Shown in pieces: positions 1 through 3,686 of a stretch of DNA of 5,144 bases. How positions within the stretch are numbered: position 1 is the stretch's first letter; each line of letters starts with the position of its first letter. Source of the DNA: a virus. Where the stretch lies: positions 1-5,144 of IMG/VR virus record IMGVR_UViG_3300045988_129059; one strand, 5' to 3'. Both the position numbers and the translations under genes were made by a program. The notes below the pieces were generated by a model. The model was not told the DNA's origin. It was given only the letters and a program-made list of their open reading frames with translations, and did not search any database.

Positions 1-99
1 ATCCGAGGTCCAAGCCTCGGCAGACTCTCCCATAAACTCTTTCCAGTGGCTCCAGCAGAGCCGGGACGGCACATAAAAATAATACATGTCCAAAAAAAG
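1..99. repeat. Terminal redundancy: bases 1-99 are identical to 5046-5144, which is the overlap of a circular genome assembly. The unit genome is 5045 bp.
   Basis: Direct comparison shows 1-99 (atccgaggtccaagcctcggcagactctccc...caaaaaaag) exactly equal to 5046-5144. Confidence 0.95.
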
Positions 100-330
100 A
101 TCATCCATTGGAGGTGTAATCAATGTCTGCAAACGAGTAACAAAAGAGGTCTCAATATCAAACGTATCACCGGGTAAAACCTCATCCAGATAAAACGGGA
201 CAAGATCGCCAACATTAAAAGACGTTTTAACAGAGCTGCTCCGGTCAAACCGTGACCGGGGGCGCTCAATATCTGACTTATACTGACTAAAAAAGCTATT
301 TGCATCAATCAGTTTTTTACTAAATGCCAT
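1..330 (-). CDS. VP1: VP1 N-terminal segment; bases 1-99 duplicate 5046-5144. The true start is the ATG at 330-328 (minus strand), preceded by AAGGA plus 5 nt. Read across the junction the product is MAFSKKLIDANSFFSQYKSDIERPRSRFDRSSSVKTSFNVGDLVPFYLDEVLPGDTFDIETSFVTRLQTLITPPMDDLFLDMYYFYVPSR..., 565 aa in total.
   Basis: Manual translation of the minus strand from 330 runs in frame without a stop through 100 and then 5144 down to 3678. The N-terminus matches the gokushovirus VP1 pattern (FDRS...F..G.L.P...DEVLPGDTF). The 62-aa track ORF at 120..308 is in a different frame and is spurious. Confidence 0.85.
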   Translation of the reverse strand, partial: MAFSKKLIDANSFFSQYKSDIERPRSRFDRSSSVKTSFNVGDLVPFYLDEVLPGDTFDIETSFVTRLQTLITPPMDDLFLDMYYFYVPSRLCWSHWKEFMGESAEAWTSD

Positions 331-429
331 ATCAATCCTTTCCGCCGGACAACATCACAAGTCCAGCAACATTAAGCCCAATATCAAACAATACAAGCAA
401 CACCATAATCAATAACAACACAACCATCA

Positions 430-933
430 CTATTCCTCCTTCGGCTGCTCCTTCGGCTGCTCCTTCGGCTGCTCTTTTGGCTGCTCTTTTGGAGGCTCGG
501 AAGACTGCAAAGTCTTAAGAGCATCCTCAAGATCACCATTAACAAATGACTGCACAAACAAATCAGGGTTATAATCAAACAACTTTTGCACCTCTGCCGG
601 AAACTCGCTAAACTGATCTCTAAACTGCCGTACAGACTGCATAGCATCCACAATACCTTTTGGCATCAAAGACAAATCAACGCAGTTACTCTCATCATAA
701 CCAGTCGGTATCAAACCAGCAGATAACTTATTGATGATAACAGCCATATCACACCCAGGGGCAAAACTGTTAATATAAGCACTAATGTCAACATCACGCA
801 CAGGCTTAAGGCACTTACGTCCATCCTTACCAACAGATAAAGCATACTCAGTACGCATAGTATCACCACAACACGTAGATACGGGTGCAGGATCATTAAA
901 AACATCATACATTGTCAACCATTTTTGGCTCAT
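430..933 (-). CDS. VP3: VP3 internal scaffolding protein, about 167 aa, with a C-terminal (PKEQ)x4-PKEE repeat tail. The start is probably the ATG at 933-931 (MSQKWLTMYDVF...) rather than the track start at 942.
   Basis: GAGAGGTG lies 6 nt upstream of the ATG at 933. The segment QFSEFPAEVQKLFDYNPDLFVQSF resembles Chlamydia-phage VP3 (AFSSLPSDLRNKFHNDPKELLDFI), from memory. Size and position immediately upstream of VP1 fit. The stop is TAG at 430-432. Confidence 0.7.
   Translation of the reverse strand: MSQKWLTMYDVFNDPAPVSTCCGDTMRTEYALSVGKDGRKCLKPVRDVDISAYINSFAPGCDMAVIINKLSAGLIPTGYDESNCVDLSLMPKGIVDAMQSVRQFRDQFSEFPAEVQKLFDYNPDLFVQSFVNGDLEDALKTLQSSEPPKEQPKEQPKEQPKEQPKEE
436..495. repeat. Imperfect tandem 12-nt repeat (ccttcggctgct x3, then cttttggctgct x2) encoding the PKEQ repeats at the VP3 C-terminus.
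   Basis: The periodic 12-mer is seen directly in the sequence, and the VP3 translation ends PKEQPKEQPKEQPKEQPKEE. Confidence 0.85.
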
Positions 934-1198
934 AGTCAGCACCTCTCATCATACTTTTAAGGTCAATCCCATCTTTCTGCGCCTGTAAAATAACATCATC
1001 CATCCAGATCATACCAAGCTCATCCAGCATACCGACGAGCCGAAAACTAAACTCCCTAGGCTCACCACAGGTGATCTGCTTCAGCAACGTTTTAAACGCA
1101 CGCTCTGCCCATACAGGGTCAGGGCAGATATAATACTGCATCACATGACCTGATACATCATCATAAAAAGCATAAATCAAATTGTGTAAATCTTTCAC
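905..1198 (-). CDS. Hypothetical acidic 97-aa protein with a GTG start. Size and slot are compatible with a VP5 (gpC-like) protein, but no motif is recognised.
   Basis: AGGAGG at 1208-1213 lies 9 nt upstream of the GTG at 1198-1196. The GTG overlaps the TGA stop of the upstream basic ORF (GTGA), indicating translational coupling. The 3' end overlaps the VP3 start by about 29 nt, which is typical Microviridae gene packing. Confidence 0.55.
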   Translation of the reverse strand: MKDLHNLIYAFYDDVSGHVMQYYICPDPVWAERAFKTLLKQITCGEPREFSFRLVGMLDELGMIWMDDVILQAQKDGIDLKSMMRGADYEPKMVDNV

Positions 1199-1308
1199 AG
1201 CCTAATACCTCCTCTAAATAACATTGGTCTAACATTCAATTTTTTGGTACGATCGGCAGTTTTCCTAAAAACTTTCCGATCACGTTTCTGTCTCATACGT
1301 TTTGCCAT
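1195..1308 (-). CDS. Small arginine/lysine-rich protein of 37 aa, MAKRMRQKRDRKVFRKTADRTKKLNVRPMLFRGGIRL (translated by hand), J-like (gokushovirus ORF8/VP8-like).
   Basis: The ATG at 1308-1306 is preceded by AGGAGG (1316-1321) with a 7-nt spacer. The protein is 37 aa with about 13 Arg/Lys, and the ...RGGIRL C-terminus is recalled from memory as common in small basic proteins of gut microviruses. It is absent from the ORF track because it is below 60 aa. Confidence 0.65.
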   Translation of the reverse strand: MAKRMRQKRDRKVFRKTADRTKKLNVRPMLFRGGIRL

Positions 1309-1342
1309 GTAACTACCTCCTAAAATTTAATAATACATACAA

Positions 1343-1369
1343 ATTGTATACCGGGGGGGGTATTGTCAA
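1343..1369 (-). promoter_or_regulatory. Candidate sigma70-like promoter for the J-like/ORF97/VP3/VP1 gene block. The -35 is TTGACA (plus 1364-1369) and the -10 is TACAAT (plus 1343-1348), with a 15-nt spacer that contains the homopolymer tract.
   Basis: The viral strand reads cacacTTGACAataCCCCCCCCggTATACAATttg, about 35 nt upstream of the J-like ATG and directly downstream of the rep terminator. Confidence 0.4.
1353..1360. repeat. G8 homopolymer (C8 on the viral strand) inside the promoter spacer.
   Basis: ccgggggggg is at 1351-1360. Confidence 0.9.
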
Positions 1370-1390
1370 GTGTGTTTATACAAACATAAC

Positions 1391-1428
1391 AAAAAACGCC
1401 CTTGTGATACATACGTACCACAAAGACG
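1391..1428 (-). terminator. Rho-independent terminator 4 nt downstream of the VP4 stop: a 14-bp stem (two G-U pairs) with a 4-nt loop, followed by UUUUUU.
   Basis: The viral-strand RNA folds as CGUCUUUGUGGUAC-GUAU-GUAUCACAAGGGCG-UUUUUU, paired by hand. The A6 run is at plus 1391-1396. Confidence 0.7.
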
Positions 1429-1431
1429 CAT

Positions 1432-2457
1432 TTATATATCCGGTCTCACCAACATTTTAGACTGGTGCTCTTTTGCTCGCTCATCAACAAGCAACTGCTC
1501 AAAATAATCAAGTTCGGAAGCAAAATCCTTAACCTGTTGCATCATTTTAGCCGTAGCAACACGGTTTTCGGAAAGCTTTGCATACTCCTCCGGAAAGTCA
1601 ATCTCAAAAAATGGGTCAAAGTAACGAGGGATGGGAGCAACCAGACCGCCCTCTAACTGCACGTATCCATCCTCTAGGAGCTTTTTAGCGTGTAAGTCAT
1701 AGTATTCCTTGCCTATGCCCGGTTTACGGCTCATACGGGTAAATTCGGGGCTTATAGCCATATCCTCATATACGTGTGTATTATCGCCAGTCTGTTTTTT
1801 AAGAATATAACGTGCCACATAAGCGCAGGATTGCCATGTAACACCGGCTACCAAGTTGTAGCCATAAGGCCACAACTTTTGTAAAGACAAACTTGTATAA
1901 TATTTATCACCATTTTTGGAGTATTTTAAAAATTGCAAATCATACTCCTTGGGAATCCAGTCAAACAAAATCAAATGATAATGGGGACGGTGGGACTGCT
2001 CTCCGTACTCACCAGCCAGAAAAAACCGGATTTTGATATCAATGCCTCTATAGTCCTGATCACGGCGGAGCCGTTTAATAAACCTCTGGATATCGTCCGG
2101 GACAAGGGACGGTATACCTTTTGTACCTCGTGGGAGGTGCTCATCATCATACGTAAGTGTTACAAAAAATGCAGACGTGTGGGTCTGTAACTCCAGCATA
2201 AGACGAGTAGCCCAACGCCGGGAATAATCTAAACGGCAACCAATACATTGCCCGCAGGGGATCAAAAAAGTATCTAACTGTCTCCAAGTACCAACATCCA
2301 TCTGATGATCGCTACACTCAAAGACCGACGGATTAGACCTTGACTGATATACAAACGTATTACCAGTCTCAGCTGCTTTAAAAACTTTAACTTGACGTTT
2401 ACCGCTATCTGACTTAGTATGTAAAAAAGCACCTCTGAGTGGATGATAACAAGCCAT
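1432..2457 (-). CDS. VP4: Replication initiation protein VP4 (rolling-circle HUH endonuclease, phiX174 gpA-like), 341 aa.
   Basis: Motif I is FFVTLTYD. Motif II is HYHLILF (HUH). Motif III is AYVARYILKK with two Tyr, which recalls phiX gpA YVAKYVNKK. CGQCIGCR is recalled from memory as a conserved zinc-finger-like element of gokushovirus Rep. GAGAGG lies 7 nt upstream of the ATG at 2457, and the stop is TAA at 1432-1434. Confidence 0.9.
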   Translation of the reverse strand: MACYHPLRGAFLHTKSDSGKRQVKVFKAAETGNTFVYQSRSNPSVFECSDHQMDVGTWRQLDTFLIPCGQCIGCRLDYSRRWATRLMLELQTHTSAFFVTLTYDDEHLPRGTKGIPSLVPDDIQRFIKRLRRDQDYRGIDIKIRFFLAGEYGEQSHRPHYHLILFDWIPKEYDLQFLKYSKNGDKYYTSLSLQKLWPYGYNLVAGVTWQSCAYVARYILKKQTGDNTHVYEDMAISPEFTRMSRKPGIGKEYYDLHAKKLLEDGYVQLEGGLVAPIPRYFDPFFEIDFPEEYAKLSENRVATAKMMQQVKDFASELDYFEQLLVDERAKEHQSKMLVRPDI

Positions 2458-2497
2458 GTAACTACCTCTCAGATTTTTATTTTAGGTGTTTTTGTGT

Positions 2498-2538
2498 CAC
2501 TCAGCCCAGTTACATCAAGTAGGTAACTGGGCTGAGTG
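2498..2538. other. Perfect 16-bp inverted repeat (cactcagcccagttac / gtaactgggctgagtg) with a 9-nt loop. The viral-strand loop reads CTACTTGAT. It is a candidate replication origin or complementary-strand priming hairpin.
   Basis: The arms are exact reverse complements (2498-2513 and 2523-2538). The loop resembles the phiX174 origin nick core CAACTTG|ATA. The element lies about 40 nt upstream of the rep ATG and has no flanking U-tract. Confidence 0.5.
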
Positions 2539-2549
2539 CTAACTACTCA

Positions 2550-2747
2550 CTACTTTGCCAGCAATTTACGCTCATAATAATGCTTTGCATCCAGACACCG
2601 ACAAAGATCCAAAAGCATATTATTAATATAAACAGGCATACAACTACGAGAGTCCCAATTACGCACAGTCGCAAGCGGTATCTCAAATTTATCCGCAAAC
2701 TGCACCTGCGTAAGTCCTAACCTCTGACGAATATCATGTGACGTCAT
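2550..2747 (-). CDS. Small helix-turn-helix DNA-binding protein of 65 aa (XRE family, HigA/MqsA-antitoxin-like HTH). It is a putative transcriptional regulator.
   Basis: LGLTQVQFADKFEIPLATVRNWDSRSCMP fits the HTH pattern ...L.LTQ..FA..FG....TV.NWE.GRR.P, recalled from memory. AAGGAG (2759-2764) lies 11 nt upstream of the ATG at 2747, and the stop is TAG at 2550-2552. The gene has its own promoter and palindromic operator. Confidence 0.7.
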   Translation of the reverse strand: MTSHDIRQRLGLTQVQFADKFEIPLATVRNWDSRSCMPVYINNMLLDLCRCLDAKHYYERKLLAK

Positions 2748-2764
2748 ATATAATACATCTCCTT

Positions 2765-2785
2765 TACTATGTTATAAACATAGTA
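2765..2785. promoter_or_regulatory. Operator-like palindrome tactatgtt-ata-aacatagta (9-bp arms) overlapping the -10/TSS of the HTH promoter. A third ACTATGT half-site at 2801-2807 overlaps the -35.
   Basis: The arms are exact inverted repeats, sited exactly where an autoregulatory repressor site would be expected. Confidence 0.5.
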
Positions 2786-2810
2786 TAGCAAATCTGCAGA
2801 ACTATGTCAA
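2782..2810 (-). promoter_or_regulatory. Near-consensus sigma70 promoter for the HTH gene (and possibly rep). The -35 is TTGACA (plus 2805-2810), the spacer is 17 nt, and the -10 is TATACT (plus 2782-2787).
   Basis: The viral strand reads TTGACAtagttctgcagatttgcTATACT. It begins 5 nt after the VP2 stop and 35 nt upstream of the HTH ATG. Confidence 0.55.
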
Positions 2811-2814
2811 TACA

Positions 2815-3486
2815 TTATCCAAAAATTCTACCCAAAAGTCCAGCGGCACTATTAACCATTGAGCCAATAAAGTTTGCATTTTGTCCACGCTTATCTGTTT
2901 TGGCTTTAACATCTGTACTATACTTATTACCCTTATAAGACTTATTACTAGAGTACTTAGTCGACTGATAAGACATATTAGACGCATATTGACTAGCCGC
3001 ATAATTACGATCGGCACTATACCGGGACGCATTGGCGGATGTCTGCGCCGCAAAGCGGTGAGCGTCAGCCTGCAACTGAGCCGCTTGCAAAGCAGTCTGC
3101 TGAGAGATACGAGCAGCCTCCAAAGTAGCATCCCTCTGCATCTGAGCAATCGCCTGAGCATTTGCATTATTTTGCTGATTAACAATGATCGATGTAAGAG
3201 CCGGGACAACAGATTCATCCACTTTACCAGAGGCACCGGAAGCAGTCGCACCGGAACCAGTCTGAGCACCAGAGCCACCAGCGGCAAGCACCGGGTTAAG
3301 TCCGGCTTTTTGTAAATCCAAAACCTCACGCTGATGAGCAGTGGAGGACTGCTCCGCTTGCCATTGACGATTTTTTTCCGCTTCCGCAGCATTAAATTTC
3401 ATTTCTTCGCGGGCAAATTCCTGAGATTGTGCCGTATTTTTTGCACTAATGTCTGATATTTTATTAAATAATTGATCTTCTGTCAT
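2815..3486 (-). CDS. VP2: VP2 minor capsid/DNA pilot protein, about 223 aa. The true start is probably the ATG at 3486 (MTEDQLFNKISD...) rather than the track start at 3543.
   Basis: GAGGAG lies 9 nt upstream of the ATG at 3486. The segment NRQWQAEQSSTAHQREVLDLQKAGLNPVLAAGG matches the gokushovirus VP2 motif (QREAW...ER.SNTAYQR...D.KAAGLNPILA), from memory. The rest is a low-complexity Q/A/S/G-rich region, and the stop is TAA at 2815-2817. Confidence 0.8.
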   Translation of the reverse strand: MTEDQLFNKISDISAKNTAQSQEFAREEMKFNAAEAEKNRQWQAEQSSTAHQREVLDLQKAGLNPVLAAGGSGAQTGSGATASGASGKVDESVVPALTSIIVNQQNNANAQAIAQMQRDATLEAARISQQTALQAAQLQADAHRFAAQTSANASRYSADRNYAASQYASNMSYQSTKYSSNKSYKGNKYSTDVKAKTDKRGQNANFIGSMVNSAAGLLGRIFG

Positions 3487-3580
3487 AATTTTTTCTCCTC
3501 TAGCACTCCGATCGAGACCGTAAACCAGTAAATTGTTGCACAATTTACAAGTTGACTGTCTCTCTCGTTGAGTGCTTAAT

Positions 3581-3610
3581 GGTAAACAAGGACAGACGCA
3601 CCCGTCTGTC
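3581..3610 (-). terminator. Hairpin with an 8-bp perfect stem (gacagacg-cacc-cgtctgtc), followed on the viral strand by CUUGUUUACC. It is a candidate, probably leaky, terminator about 70 nt downstream of the VP1 stop.
   Basis: Exact inverted repeat at 3591-3598 / 3603-3610 with a U-rich tail on the viral strand. Confidence 0.45.
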
Positions 3611-3665
3611 CCTGCCGTGACATATTATTAATTAAGCAACCAAAAAACTCATTTATTAAGTTTAT

Positions 3666-3686
3666 ATTACAATTTTATTACAATTT
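3666..3686. repeat. 10-bp direct repeat attacaattt x2, separated by 1 nt, spanning the VP1 stop codon.
   Basis: attacaattt is at 3666-3675 and 3677-3686. Confidence 0.6.

Noticed and set aside
120-308. 62-aa minus-strand ORF from the track
   Set aside because: It is an alternative frame over the true VP1 N-terminus. The in-frame VP1 reading from the ATG at 330 has an SD and is homologous to the gokushovirus VP1 N-terminus.
324-518. 64-aa plus-strand ORF with N/T/I-rich and SAAPSAAPSAA low-complexity sequence
   Set aside because: It is antisense to the VP3 tail repeat and to the CA-rich VP3-VP1 intergenic region. The low complexity is the mirror of the 12-nt tandem repeat, and there is no SD.
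384-988. Track ORFs 384..653(-), 711..908(-) and 785..988(+)
   Set aside because: They are alternative-frame or antisense overlaps of VP3, with no SD and implausible L/R-rich products.
1465-2190. Plus-strand ORFs 1465..1656 and 1933..2190
   Set aside because: They are antisense to the well-supported rep gene, with no SD.
2498-2538. The 16-bp hairpin as a rho-independent terminator for the HTH gene
   Set aside because: No U-run follows the stem on the viral strand; what follows is A-rich (acacaaaaacacc). On the opposite strand U residues precede the stem rather than follow it. An origin or priming structure is more consistent.
2802-3392. 196-aa minus-strand ORF in an alternative frame inside VP2, and antisense ORF 2881..3315(+)
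   Set aside because: VP2 is a compositionally biased Q/A/S/G-rich low-complexity gene, so long stop-free alternative frames are expected. The products are R/L-rich and no SD-ATG start was found. An overlapping gene cannot be fully excluded without a conservation analysis.
3487-3543. Upstream in-frame ATG at 3543 as the VP2 start (the track start)
   Set aside because: No SD precedes it. The ATG at 3486 has GAGGAG at a 9-nt spacing, and the extension would cover the intergenic terminator region.
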